A stretch of 64,000 bases of DNA from Octopus sinensis (taxonomy: Eukaryota), in the NCBI RefSeq assembly GCF_006345805.1, contig NC_043006.1, positions 93,310,001 to 93,374,000 on the forward strand, read 5' to 3'. Shown in pieces: positions 1-13,025 of this stretch (the stretch's first letter is position 1; each line of letters opens with the position of its first letter). Below the pieces are notes generated by a model. That model saw nothing but the letters and a program-made list of their open reading frames with translations. It searched no databases and was not told the DNA's origin. The translations under genes and the position numbers were made by a program.

Positions 1-395
1 ACTGATATATTATAGGACTTCGCAGAGACTTTTCATTGGGAATGTATGAATGTATAATCGTCTTCACACTACATCGAAGATATAAAGCGAATATACTTAT
101 TGAACATAATTATAATTCTCATTTTCATTTATATAAAATGTAAATATAAATAGTTCTCTAATAATCTATGTGTGAGATACTTATATACCTTATCAATATT
201 GTTTCATTGAAATATATCAAATAGTTGTTACTGGATTCCACGCTTAATTTCATTGAATGTTTAGGTTTAAAATGTTTAACCGAAGGAAAAATTTTACAAC
301 GATTTCAATGAAGAATGGTAAATTTTCTTTTGGAAATGACATGAGTTAGGCATACATAATCATTACAAATAGAACATGAATAGCATGGATTAAAT

Positions 396-451
<56 letters not shown>

Positions 452-564
452 TATATATATATCTATATATATATATATATACTATATATAGTAATGGTAA
501 GATAACAAAAAAAATGAATGAGACCTCAGTATTATGTAAATAGAGGAATTTATCTGTTGCCATA

Positions 565-623
565 ATGAGACTCTGAGTTTCGGATGTCGGGGTGGAAATC
601 TGCTCCAGCATCTCGTCAGTTAT
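565..623 (-). ncRNA. Type I hammerhead ribozyme motif (partner arm; one stem I mismatch)
   Basis: Minus strand reads ATAA CTGACGA GATG...CATC C GAAA CTCAGAG TC TCAT. Confidence 0.65.
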
Positions 624-697
624 CGAAGCAATCAAAATGTGCAATGAAAATGACCTTTGTTTAACGGTCATTCTCATAGCATATTTTGATTGCCTCC

Positions 698-756
698 ATA
701 ACTGACGAGATGCCGGAGCAGGTTTCCCTCCCGACATCCGAAACTCGGAGTCTTAT
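698..756 (+). ncRNA. Type I hammerhead ribozyme motif (canonical core, GUC cleavage triplet)
   Basis: Stem I ATAA(698-701)/TTAT(753-756); core CTGACGA 702-708; stem II GATG..GGAG/CTCC..CATC; GAAA 740-743; helix III ACTC-G-GAGT; GTC 750-752. Confidence 0.75.
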
Positions 757-1032
757 TATGGCAACCAAATACTTGTAACATATTATATTACAGATATACA
801 TATATAGTCCACATGCTTTATATGTGTTATGAAGGCGACCAATTCTCATCCAAGATGAAGACGACTACTAACGTTTCATGTGGCATAGTCGATAATTGTT
901 GCGAGATTTCAGTCTACATGAAAAATTGAATTCATGTAGAGTAAAATAAAGTATATTTGCCAGTCAAAAAAAATGTGATGTTGAGCACTCGTTTTCACTG
1001 TCCGACATTAGCGTGCATGCGCGTGTATATAT

Positions 1033-1264
1033 GTATTTCTTTACTACCCACAAGGGGCTAAACATAGAGGGGATAAACAAGGACACACAAAGGGATTAAG
1101 TCGATTACATAGACCCCAGTGCGAAACTGGTACTTTATTTATCGACCAAGAAAGGATGAAAGGCAAAGTCGACCTCGGCGGAATTTGAACTCGGAACGTA
1201 ACGGCAGACGAAATACGGCTACGCATTTCGCCCGGCGTGCTAACGTTTCTACCAGCTCGCCGCC
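1033..1264 (-). mobile_element. SINE family A (GCGAGCTGGCAGAA...GTAAAGAAATA type)
   Basis: Reverse complement matches copies at 15052-15274 and 46262-46460; B-box-like GAGTTCAAATTCC. Confidence 0.85.
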
Positions 1265-2569
1265 TTTTATATATGTGCGTGTATATATGTGTGTGTGTAT
1301 GTGTTACGATAGGTGATGATGAGGTGAAAAAGGTGGAAGAGGAGGACTTGTAGGAGAAGGGGGAAGGAGAGGATGAGATTTAATTTTGAATTGAGCAAAC
1401 TTTACTTTTATGCCCATAGGCATAAATACAAGTGATTAATATTGCCACTCTGTTGATATAACTGTCATAGATATTTTTTTTTAATATTCAGCCATGAGGT
1501 TCAGTTTAATTTATTAGTTCTAGATATGACCGACTAAATTTGCTCGGTCACGTTTTACCCAAAAGGGCTATTACTAAACAGAACACTATGATTTAAAACG
1601 CTTTCCGACGATACTAGACAGGCGATAGTACGCGGGCCCATTTGGGGTTGGAGTGAACTTTATATACTCAAATGTTTACAAAATCACAAATTTGTGTTCC
1701 TTAAGATATAGTTTTAGTATTCGTTGTCATTCAATCACAACGGCAGAGTACATTTTTCCTTTTGATAATGATACAACTGATATTTGGAAAACCAATAAAA
1801 CATTGGTTATTGTGGGCAAAAACTATAGAAGCATGGTGGAGTTTTTCGATCGTCTAAGCCATCAGGGTACTTGTTGAAGGTTTAACACACCATGCAGTTT
1901 TTAAAGTACTGTGAGATATCCAAGACCAAATGAGGCGCAGAATCAATTTTATCAAGTCTATCAAATAACTGTTACTTATTTTATTGACACAAACGATAGA
2001 TGATAAAGGCACGCAAGGCTTCGGATATTTGGACAACTATTTCAGATGTAGGACTGTAAAAACATCGATGCTCTATTGTATGTCTAACAGCCCATTACAA
2101 TTGATTCTCAATAATATTACAAATTAAAATGCTAAGGAAAGACGCAACGATCTTCCCATAAAACTGTTTGGGTCTCAATCAAAATCGCTTCTTTTTTCAT
2201 TGCCATCTATTAACGTGTGTTACACAATTTGTACATTAAATAATTCCATTATAAAAATTATGTTCTGTGTTTATAATTTGCTCCTGATTTTTTTGTTTTG
2301 TAGTTGGAAGGCTATAGAATCATATAGACTGTAATATTATATATACATATACACACACGCGCACGCGCGCATATACGAAGTGATTAATATTAATATTATA
2401 ACCAGAGAAAAACATGTCAAGTTTTATTGGGACATTAATAAAAACATTTCGGGTGCATAAAACAGCGAGCTTGCAGCCAACATTAAGCAATCAATACATT
2501 GATCAGTACATATTATACATATACACATAAAAATGAATTATTGTGATATGTACGTGTGCTTAGGCGTTA

Positions 2570-2632
2570 TACATACATACACACATACATACATATATAC
2601 ATACATATATATATATTTACATGCATACATAC

Positions 2633-2698
<66 letters not shown>

Positions 2699-2797
2699 TA
2701 CATATGTGTATGTAAATGTATATGTATATGTGTCTGTCTGTCTGTGGATGAATATGAATTGTAATTGCTTGCATTTATTTTTATTTATGTAACAGAC

Positions 2798-2843
<46 letters not shown>

Positions 2844-3045
2844 CACACAGATAGATAGATAGATAGATGGATAGATAGATAATTAGATAGATAGATAGAT
2901 AGATAGATATATACATACATACATACATACATAGTTAGATAGATCGATAGTTTGATAGATAGATAATTAGACAGACAGATATATATATATACATATTATA
3001 TATATATTATATATAATATATATATATATATATATACATATATAT

Positions 3046-3091
<46 letters not shown>

Positions 3092-3103
3092 GAGAGGAGA
3101 GAG

Positions 3104-3180
<77 letters not shown>
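2570..3180. repeat. Compound microsatellite (TA)n/(TACA)n/(GA)n/(GATA)n
   Basis: Directly visible; explains the spurious YIYI/LSIY ORFs. Confidence 0.97.
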
Positions 3181-3183
<3 letters not shown>

Positions 3184-3926
3184 TGAACTGGTTAACGAGA
3201 AATATCAGTGGGTGATGTTTTAGACGACTGGGCGAAAACAGTTTTATGATACATAGCAATAAATTTGCGTTAACATAAATATATGAATAGAGAAATAACT
3301 CGTTATACATTCAGCCTTCCATCGGTTCCGTTAATAGAAATCGATTGGGATAAACTTTCGTATATAAACATATTTTTCTTATTTACACTGTATGAGTAAT
3401 GAAGGTATGGTAATATTTACTTGTTTGAAAGTTTAAATGATTAAAACATATACTCGTAAGTACTATTTCTAATTGATATAATAACGAGTCATTCAAGCAA
3501 CAACACTCCGCTGTCTAAGTTTAAATAAAATCAGCCGAACACTCTTAAGTACAAACAAACATTATATATAGAGATGTATATATATACATGTCTATATATA
3601 TATATATATATATTATATATAAATTGAAGATAGTATTATTAAAATGATTATATCAGTAGCTAACGTATAACAAACCACCATATCGGTAAAATTGATTTTT
3701 AAGTTTATAAAAATTATAATTATAATTAAGATCACATTTTTGTGAGTTTTCTTGCTCATTATTTGCATTCGGTCTTGTTTTATTAATGAAAAAGAGAACA
3801 AATGTAGAGGGGGTTGTAGATATTTGGCATCTACTTCTAGCGTATATGCGTTGGCACGCCAGCGATCTTGATTACAGATATATTTATATAATTATATAAT
3901 TGTGTGTGTGTGTGTGTGTGTGTGAT

Positions 3927-4206
3927 GGACTCTCTCGTTGTTAGACGACGTATGAGGGTTGAAAAATTTCTTGCCGAACAACCACACAGACAATTTGTTT
4001 ATAGTGATCGAATGTTTGTGTAGACATAAGCTCACTCACCCCATCAGGTCGACATTACCTGTACAGGTGCAACGGGTGTCACATGTCAGATATCGAACTG
4101 ATCGTAGAGCGACGTGAAAGGTAGTGCATTGCTCAATAACACAAAGCAGCTCCAGCCTGGGAATCGGACCCACGCTCTCGCTATGGTGAGTGCAACACTA
4201 AGCCAT
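3927..4206 (-). mobile_element. tRNA-derived SINE family D, head interrupted by a family C SINE
   Basis: Minus-strand tRNA-like head with B box GGTCCGATTCCC; body resembles 18086-18390. Confidence 0.6.
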
Positions 4207-4509
4207 GTTTGTTCCTACTCGAGCCATGCCTGGCTCATAAGGGCCGGTTTCCCAGTTTCCTTGGCGTATAGGTTCCCCACCTGTAAGGGACGCCGGTCCA
4301 TCGCAGGTGAGCTGCAAGATGCAGGAGGAAAGAGTGAGAGAGAGTAGTGGCGAAAGAGTCAGCAGAAGTTTCGCCATTACCTTCTACCGGAGCCGCGTGG
4401 AGCTTAGATGTTTCGCTCATAAACACAGACATCGCCCGGTCTGAGATTCGAACCCGCGATCCCTCGACCGCGAGTCCGCTGCCCTAAACACTAGGCCATG
4501 TGCCTCCAC
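4207..4509 (-). mobile_element. tRNA-derived SINE family C (tRNA-Arg-like head)
   Basis: GTGGAGGCACATGGCCTAGTG..GGGTTCGAATCTC head (A/B boxes); flanked by CATGGCTTAG duplication. Confidence 0.85.
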
Positions 4510-4713
4510 TCTAAGCCATGCTATACGAATGCGTAGACAAACGAAAGAAGGACACTCATCACATTTGCTTGGAGTTACATGTGTAGATCAAAACAATTTC
4601 ATTCTGAATCGTTATTTCTCCGAGTTTCCAGCAAGTCACTAGTCTTCGACCATTGGGGTCTGAAAGAGTGCCCTTCTTTCGTTTGTCTACACACTCGTAT
4701 AGCAGGGCTTAGT

Positions 4714-5016
4714 GTGGAGGCATATGGCCTAGTGGTTAGAGCAGCGGACACACGGTCGAGGGATCGCGGGTTTGAATCTCAGAACGGGCGATGAGTGTGT
4801 TTATGAGCGAAACACCTAAGCTCCACGCGGCTCCGGCAGAAGGTAATGACGAACTTCTGCTGACTCTGTCGCCACTACTCTCTCTCTCACTCTTTCTTCC
4901 TGCATCTTGCAGCTAACCTGCGACGGACCGGCGTCCCGTCCAGGTGGGGAATCTATACGCCAAGGAAACCGGGAAACCGGCCCTTATGAGCCAGGCATGG
5001 TTGGAGAAGGAACAAA
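4714..5016 (+). mobile_element. SINE family C, inverted duplicate of 4207-4509
   Basis: TGGCCTAGTGGTTAGAGC A box, GGTTTGAATCTC B box; colinear with the reverse complement of 4207-4509. Confidence 0.85.
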
Positions 5017-5093
5017 TATGGGTTAGTGCTTTGGGGGTTGCACTCACCATTGCGAGTTCGTGGGTTCGATTCCCAGGCTGGAGTTGCTTTGTG

Positions 5094-5148
<55 letters not shown>

Positions 5149-5180
5149 AGAGAGAGAAGAGAGAAAGAGAGAAAGAGATG

Positions 5181-5237
<57 letters not shown>

Positions 5238-5239
5238 GA

Positions 5240-5450
5240 AAATTAGACAAAGTAGGAAATGCTAAAATAGTTTTATCATGAAGAGCATTTTAATACCGGT
5301 TCCATTCTTTGCGACTTTTTCAATTTAGAATATAGCATTAAAAACAATTAAATTGTGGAAAAATTAAATGCAATATGAAAAACATATTTCCATGGTTTTC
5401 AAATGCAAGAGACATGTTCCTTTTTTCTGTCTGCCACAGTCTCTCTTGTT
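5240..5450 (-). mobile_element. Decayed pseudo-LTR fragment related to the Penelope-like element at 55.7-59 kb
   Basis: AAATGCTAAAATAGTTTTAT...TACCGGTT...CTTTTTCAA aligns by eye with 55697-55765; lies between microsatellites. Confidence 0.55.
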
Positions 5451-5486
<36 letters not shown>

Positions 5487-5979
5487 AGCACTCCGTCGAT
5501 AACGGACACGAGGGTCTCAGCTGATACGATCAACGGAACAGCCTGATCGTGAAACTAATGTGCAAGTCTCCGATTTTTTCATTATTTGTTAAAGTTTTCG
5601 ATTATGCTTGCAATTTCCTCACAGAGTTAATGTTGTTTAAAACGTAGCATTGAAAGCACCAGCACGAAAATAGTAATATAATCTTTTATTGCATTGCCAG
5701 AAACGAATCAGCTTCAGTTTTCTAACAGTATTTAATTTCGTCCACCATCTCCGTTCTAATGCTATCCAACGTCCCTTTTATATTTCCCCAGCTGTGCAGC
5801 CAATACGAAAACGACCGATACGATCTATTATAATAAGCTCACTCAACTAACAAGCACTAAAAATTCTAAAAGATACTTTGTATTTTATGAATCTAAAGTT
5901 TCTAAGTTTCATTTCTTTTTTGTAACTCAGAAGGCAACTGTGCCAATAATAAGCAAACGCACTGGTTCTGTTCCACATC

Positions 5980-6287
5980 TGTGACTGTGTGGTAAGTAGC
6001 TTGCTTACCAACCACATGGCTCTGGGTTCAGTCCTATTGCGTGGCACCTAGGGCAAGTGTCTGCTACTATAGCTTCGGACTGACCAAAACATTGTGAGTG
6101 CATTTGGTAGACGGAAACTGAAAGAGCCCGTCGTATATATATACAGCGGTTGGGCAAAAAAGTCCAATAGAATAAGTATTAGGCTTACAAAGAGTAGGTG
6201 CTGGTGTCGATTTGTTCGACTAAAGGCGGTGGGCCATCATGGCTGCAGTCAAATGACTGAAGCAAATAAAAGACTAAAAGACTAAAA
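5980..6287 (+). mobile_element. SINE family B (GGCTGTGTGGTAAGTAGCTTGC type), internally deleted
   Basis: tRNA-like head, CACCTAGGGCAAGTGTC central motif, (AAAAGACT)n tail; matches 10904-11309 and others. Confidence 0.85.
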
Positions 6288-8840
6288 GCGATTTTTTTGA
6301 TTAAGCATTTGTTTCATCAGTCAGTCACATTTGTCAACGTTCTTTCGTTGTCATTCGCCACCTCATCATTAACAAGCTCTCTCTATTCCAGGTCGGCTCC
6401 AGTCTGTCTGTCTGTATGTCCCTTACTTTACAGTTTTACAGCTTTACAAAAAATATGGAATTGACATAGAACCAGCGCTTGTGTTTATTAGTGACTTAAT
6501 GATCCTCTCGAGATACAACAACATCAGTTTCAACACACGAATTCACATCAAACATCTTGTAAACCGAATAGAAAAACGAAAAGAAATTCCAATATTTTTT
6601 GTCAAAAAGCTTCTATGAAAGAATCTAAAAATGTTATTTCAATTATGAAATTTTCTAAGGTGTTTTTATTCTTTGCACTTCTTGTGAGATTTTATTATCA
6701 CTACCTTTTATGTATCCATAATTTTAAATCTTAATTTTTCTCCTTTTCTTCTTCATTTTTGCTTCAAGTGACTAGCATGATCAAAATTTAAAATTTATAT
6801 TAATATGTTTACAAATTTATTTATTTATTGGCAGACACTGGATATTAATTAAAAAGATATAGCAGTTAAAGAAGGAGCTAAACTTTTAATATAACCTCTT
6901 TCTTCACTTCCATAAGACAAAGAGATTTATTTAATTACATCACGTATTTCAACAGCTCGTTTAATGGTCAGTATTCTTTGAAATTAAACATATTCATATA
7001 AACTTGGTTAGCACGTTCGTACTGCTCCTAATAGAATTTATGAATATTCATAACGGACGCACATACACAAACATGCATATATGAATAGCAAGTGACGCAC
7101 ACGCACACACGTACACAATGACACATACAGACAAGGAAATAATTTTGTATTTCCAGCTTCAAATCTCTGTTTGGATTACATAAGTAGATTATATAACACC
7201 GAGTGATAATTAGACTCATATTCTTATTCCAAACCTCACCTCGGAATGGCAACACTTTTCACCAAACCAACTATCGTTTTATTGAGCTACCAATGATTAA
7301 TATTATGATGTGTGTGTGTGCGCGCTCTTTCAATGAGATGAGGCCGCTTATATGAAGCTTAATACTTCTTATATATACTCACCCACTTTAGGTTTCTGAA
7401 GTGAGACAGAAGACAGAGAGCTACGTACCCTATAGCTCCAGTAGTAATAATCATGATACCTACCATAATAGATATGGAACTGAATCTATATCTTGGATAC
7501 TGGATTGGCATGTCTGCATGTATAACATGTATGGATGTATGCATGCATGTATGTGTGTATGTACGTATGTCGGTAGATAAGTTTAAAGTATAAATAGTGA
7601 AATAAAACCAAAATTGCATCAGTAAAGTTGACTCTCACCGCATGAATTCAACAGACTGTGCAATACTTGGCTACCATTGAATATCAGGTGTATTTTTTTA
7701 ATATTTTTTCATTCAGGTTATAAGATTCTCTTCGTGCATTTGTAGAATTAACTAGTTTCCACCGATTATTTAGAACATAAAAATTGAATCTCAAAAAGAT
7801 AAACTCAACTTGTTTCATTACTAAACTCTACCAAACATTGATAAAGCAGCGCATTATGTATTCTCCTAATCTTTACGACTGAATTAACCTTAAACATGAT
7901 TTCTTGAATGTTAATAACAGAATATAATACTTTTAATATCGTTTACATGACATTGCATTTTTCTCTCCCATTGTTTTTCATTCCATATGTTTCCCCCTTT
8001 GACGAAAGATAATTATTTAATGTTCAATGCAAAGCATGGGGTAATGATTGGAATCTAAAGTTTGATATTAGTTATTTTTAAGAAAAAGGCGGAAAGCTGG
8101 CGAAATCGTCAGCAGGAGGGACAAAAAGCTTCCGGCTCTTTACGCTCTGAGTTCAAACGCCATTTAAATGTATTTTCACCGAGGGTAGTTCATTTAAAGA
8201 GATGGGAGTTGATCTAGCTAAGCTGAAACCAATAAGTTGAGTTATAATTCTTCTAACACTTAAAGCCTTCTTATTATTAGAAATACAATATATCCGCACT
8301 CTTAATTTCCGCATTTCAATGCTGTATGTTTCTTGGAGTAGTGTAATTTTTCTTTTCCCCGTAAAGTACAATACTTTTTTTGGATTTCTTTCATGATGAA
8401 CCGGATAGAATACCACCGGCGTGTTTTCAGACTATCGATGCTGCAAGTTCAAACCCAACGAAGGTTTCTTTGCTTGTCATCCCCCTGGGCCGATTAAAAA
8501 TGTTTAGAAGATTTGCGGAATTGTAAGAATACCGGTTCAGGTAATTTGCGTTCTACATTCCGACTCTCAACAAGTTGTTTCTTGAGAGAAATACTTAATT
8601 CGGTACCCAGTTTAGAAGTACCCACTGGCAGCATGGGTACCTTTAAAGAATACCACTTTGTTGCACGCATTCAGAGCAGGTCTCTGGTTTGAGGAACAGT
8701 TCTTCCTTTCATCCCAAATGTCCCGGCTGCCCTGCCAAAATGTCATGGGTATTCTTTTCATTTGTAATAAAGGATAGAAAATAGAGTGAAACATCGCATC
8801 CTACTAAAGTCCAAGATTCTGTATTGTATTTATCCTAAGT

Positions 8841-9148
8841 GAAGGTGCGTGGCTTATGGGTTAGGATATTCGGCTCGCGATCGTAAGGTCGTGAGTTCGA
8901 TTCCCAGAGGTGCGTTGTATCCTTTAGCTCTCGTTGTTGAAGTTCACTCAACAGGTAAAAATAAGTTATACCTGTAATTCAATGGACCGTCCTTGTCATA
9001 TTGTGTGTCACACCGAATCTACCCTGATAACTACTTTAAGAGTACGAGTCTATGGAGTGCTCAGCCACTTGCACGTCAATTTCACGAGAAGGCTGTTCTG
9101 TTGATTGGATCAACTGGAACCCTCGTCGTCGTAATCGACGGAGCGACA
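8841..9148 (+). mobile_element. tRNA-derived SINE (family D/C-related)
   Basis: TGGCTTATGGGTTAGG A box, GAGTTCGATTCC B box; 3' half shared with 60168-60500. Confidence 0.75.
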
Positions 9149-9611
9149 AATTTATCGTACAGAAATGGCTCTCACTTCATCATTTCAAATAACAGTCAAT
9201 GTTGAGTATTATATGTCATTCATCGTTCGATTATTTGTACAATTGTTCCTGATTCAAAATTTGGTGTATCTTATTTGTATAGATCGTGCAACTTTAAAAT
9301 TCTATTATTAGTGAACTTAAACTAAAGGCGTTCTACAAGAATGAATATAAACCACAAAATAAAACACCTACTTTTTTCTGTACATCTATAGTTTCATGTC
9401 TTCCAATGTAAGTGTTAATCTAGACTTCAATAAGAACATCAAGAAAGTTATCGTCTATTTGACCATAACTGAGTGATGCAACTCCGCTGAGTTTATGAAA
9501 AAAATTTCGAGCTTAGTATATGAATGGCTCCGAGGTAAGGAGCTTCACTGTGTGCTGAAGATTTGACTCTTCATTAGGCAGAGGTAAAAGAGAATCTAAA
9601 AGAGAAACTAA

Positions 9612-9882
9612 AAGAAACAGGTCGTTTATATACACATATAAGTATGGCCGCAGCTCAGAGCTGAAAAAAAATGTTTGTGTGTCTGACTTTGTCCTCCACC
9701 ATCGCTTGACAATCGACGTTGGTGTGTCTACATCCCCGTAACGTACCGGTTCGGCAAAAGAGAACGATACAATAAGTACTAAGCTTACAAAAGAATAAAT
9801 CGAGGGGTCGATTTGCTCGACTAAAAGGCGGTGCCCCAGCATGGCCGCAGTCAAATGACTGAAACAATTAAAAGAATAAAAA
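9612..9882 (+). mobile_element. SINE family B 3' portion
   Basis: Matches the 3' half of family B (GCGGTGCCCCAGCATGGCCGCAGTCAAATGACTGAAAC). Confidence 0.8.
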
Positions 9883-10356
9883 ATATATATTGTCATGATC
9901 AGTAATGGCGTATTATCGATTGCTTATGCGACGTATGCTTGGCAGGGGGAGTTGCTGATCACGTTGTGCAGTCGTTTTCACATTCATGATATTTTGTGGG
10001 GATGTTTTATACTTATATAACCAACAATCACTGTTGTTATTTATTCTGTCCAATGTTATCTTCTTCTATGAATCGACTGACATTCTCAGAGACCTTCATT
10101 TCTTCACGGCTGTCGTGAAACATGTGGAAATCCAATTATTCCAGTAACTTCTCCATATTCATGATCAAATCATCTTGAGGTTTGTTTTAAATCCAATATG
10201 GTCTTTAGAAAGTAAATCTAAGATTTAACCCACAAGATGCGTCCTGCCCTTAATACTAACATGAATTTCTTGAAAGTATCAAATGCTATTAGAATCTGTG
10301 ATGAATATCTTCTGAGAAAAATAGATTTCTTTCTCGCCAATTCCTCAAATAAGAAT

Positions 10357-10530
10357 TTTGACTGTGTGGTAAGAAGCTTGTTTTCCAGCCATGTGGTTCT
10401 GGATTCAATCCCACTGCGTGGCATATTCAGTAAGTTTTCTTTTTTTTATATATACCATAGCCTCAGGCCGACCAAAGTATTATGCGTGAATTTCGTAGAA
10501 GGAACCAGTAAGAAGCCCGTCATATATATA
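10357..10530 (+). mobile_element. SINE family B 5' portion
   Basis: GACTGTGTGGTAAGAAGCTTG...GAAGCCCGTC then (TA)n. Confidence 0.75.
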
Positions 10531-10534
10531 TATG

Positions 10535-10617
<83 letters not shown>

Positions 10618-10711
10618 CATACATACATACATACATACATACATCATACATACATACATACATATACATACATACATACATATATAGTTTGAATGTACAA
10701 AAAAAAGACGA

Positions 10712-10852
10712 ACACGGGTGTGTAAACATAAAACAGATGTATTAGTTTAACACTCGGAAGTGAGAAAGTCTTTTACGTTTCGAGCCTACGCTCTTCGACA
10801 GAAAGGAACGCAGAAATAAATAGGGAGAGAAAATAAAAATAGATTTAATGTC
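10712..10852 (-). mobile_element. Solo pLTR-like fragment with minimal hammerhead (10769-10805)
   Basis: Minus strand CTTT CTGTCGA A GAGC GTAG GCTC GAAA CG TA AAAG; same family as 60585-60780; embedded in (TA)n. Confidence 0.7.
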
Positions 10853-10861
10853 TAGGGATCT

Positions 10862-10903
<42 letters not shown>

Positions 10904-10906
<3 letters not shown>

Positions 10907-11309
10907 TGTCTTTTACTCTTTTACTTGTTTCAGTCATTTGACTGCGGCCATGCTGGAGCACCGCCTTTAGTCGAGCAAATCGACCCCAGGACTTATTCTT
11001 TGTAAGCCTAGTACTTATTCTATCGGTCACTTATACCGAACCGTTAAGTTACGGGGACGTAAACACACCAGCATCGGTTGTCAAACGGTGTTGGTCGGAC
11101 AAACACAGACACACAAACATACACACACGTATACATACACATATACATATACATATATACGACGGGCTTCTTTCAGTTTCCGTCTACCAAATCCACTCAC
11201 AAGGCTTTGGTCGGCCCGAGGTTATAGTAGAAGACACTTGCCCAAGATGCCACGCAGTGGGACTGAACCCGGAACCATGTGGTTGGTAAGCAAGCTACTT
11301 ACCACACAC
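10904..11309 (-). mobile_element. SINE family B, full length
   Basis: Complete head, internal (TA/CA)n spacer and (AAAAGAGT)n tail; very similar to 18413-18842, 33967-34370, 51261-51651. Confidence 0.92.
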
Positions 11310-11348
<39 letters not shown>

Positions 11349-11905
11349 GTATGTATGAATGTATGTATGTATGTATGTATATGATGTATTATGTATGTAT
11401 GTATGTATGTATGTATGTATGTATGTATGTATGTATGTTTGTATGTATGTATGTATGTATGTATGTATGTGTGTGCTTGTCCCCACTACCGCTGACGGTG
11501 TGATTATATCTCAGTAATTTAGCAGTTCGGCAATAGATTGATTGAATAACTTCAGCCTTTAAAAAAATTAGTATCCCAGCTCCAAATCTATCAACTGCAT
11601 TCCTCAAATTACAATCTTAAACAAAAATGGTTGCATTAGATGCTCTCTATCCTTCTTTATATCTGAATCATCGCTGTGTATGACGTCAATATTTTAATAT
11701 TGTCATTTACAACACCCTCACACCCATGACATCTCTCTTGTTGGAGCGTTTATTGCAAAGTTAACTAATTATCTATAACTTACTCATAAAGAAATGACTA
11801 TGAGTTCAGTACAAACACTAAGGAATGCGTGTGCGCATGCGTAATTATTAGCAATTGCTATTTTGTTGAGTCAAAGGTTTTGTAGTGGTTTGGTAGCCTA
11901 AGGCC

Positions 11906-12103
11906 TCGAGCTGCTGACACGCCGGGAAAATGCTTAGCGGCATTTTGTCCGACATTATGTACTGAGCTGATATACTGCCGAGGTCGACTTTGCCTTTCAT
12001 CCTTTCAGGGTCCGTAAAATGTGTACCAGCTGAGCACTGGGATCGATGTAACCGACTATCCCGCTCCATCGAAATTGCTGGCCTTGTGCCAAAATTTGAA
12101 ACC
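11906..12103 (+). mobile_element. SINE family A variant
   Basis: GCCGAGGTCGACTTTGCCTTTCATCCTTTC core shared with family A. Confidence 0.75.
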
Positions 12104-12374
12104 AGTATTTTGGTGACTTATTTGCTGTATTCGTCAAGTTTCAACAAAAACAGCCTAGCGTTCAAAGCAGAGGTCATCGTGTTGCACCGTCTGAAGTTAC
12201 CAAAATATTGCAAAAATTTTCATTCGATACAATATTTAGTTCAGGACCAGCAATTGCTTTATCTCCTTAGGTCCTGTATTTTTGTATACAGAAAAAAAAA
12301 TGACACTCAGTTGGGTTGTGATACGTACAGATGCGCTAGACTTTATCTCAAAACATTATATCAAGTTGGTTAGT

Positions 12375-13025
12375 TTGTAAACGAATCCCTCATTCACCAA
12401 CAGATTTCAAACTCATACGGTCTGTCTTTCACGAACCACTTCATATCAGAAATAATATCTTTCTTTAATTACTTCTCATCAGGCCTCCTCTCGGAGATTT
12501 CTATTGACATATATTCATACTGAAGATCAATTGCACCAACTGATGCAGTGTCTTGACTCTTAAGAAGCTGGACCCTTCCATAACAACCGACTTTATTTTA
12601 ATGCATAAAACATATCAGGTGCTAATTCGGCACTCAACGAAATGCATTTATATGAAGTCAGTCTGGTCGCTACTGGAGGCCAGAATTCGCACCAAAATAC
12701 TATTTTCCAAGCAGTCATCCGGACCATCCTTGCGTAAGGTGACTTGGCCATACTCTACGTCAGCATTCGCGGTGATTCGTTCACAAGGCGGTCTAACCCA
12801 AGCTGGTGCAAATGGAGCAAAACAAGAGACGTGGCTGGCTTATTAAAGGCGCACGTGGAAGCACAATCGGACTCCTGTATGGTCTTCGGTAGTGGAACTG
12901 AGAGTGAACGTCCATTACAGCCTCGACTGCACCCGACCGTCGGATGTGGTCATCATTGGTGAGGTATGAGATTAACTTGTCGGTCGCTGCCGGTTCAACC
13001 CACCGCAGGGGAAGGCCGCTGCATG
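12375..13025 (-). mobile_element. Decayed RTE-like LINE 5' region with APE endonuclease start
   Basis: Minus-strand remnant ST*YVLCI resembles STWNVRTL; GC-richer 5'UTR-like segment upstream; many stops. Confidence 0.4.

Larger units (their letters stand above)
556..765. mobile_element. Palindromic cassette: two inverted ~100-bp hammerhead-bearing arms (Penelope pLTR-like) with a 10-nt spacer
   Basis: 556-655 is the near-perfect reverse complement of 666-765; each arm contains CTGACGA...GAAA...GTC pointing outward. Confidence 0.85.

Noticed and set aside
4714-4790. tRNA-Arg-like sequence as a tRNA gene
   Set aside because: No acceptor-stem closure; continues directly into the SINE body
6930-6985. 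pLTR-like CTGACCA..GAAATACGTG (minus strand)
   Set aside because: 3-8 mismatch, no stem II, G at the cleavage position; at most a decayed relic
12455-12490. CTGATGA on the minus strand
   Set aside because: No stem II/GAAA/helix III arrangement; lies in a decayed LINE coding remnant
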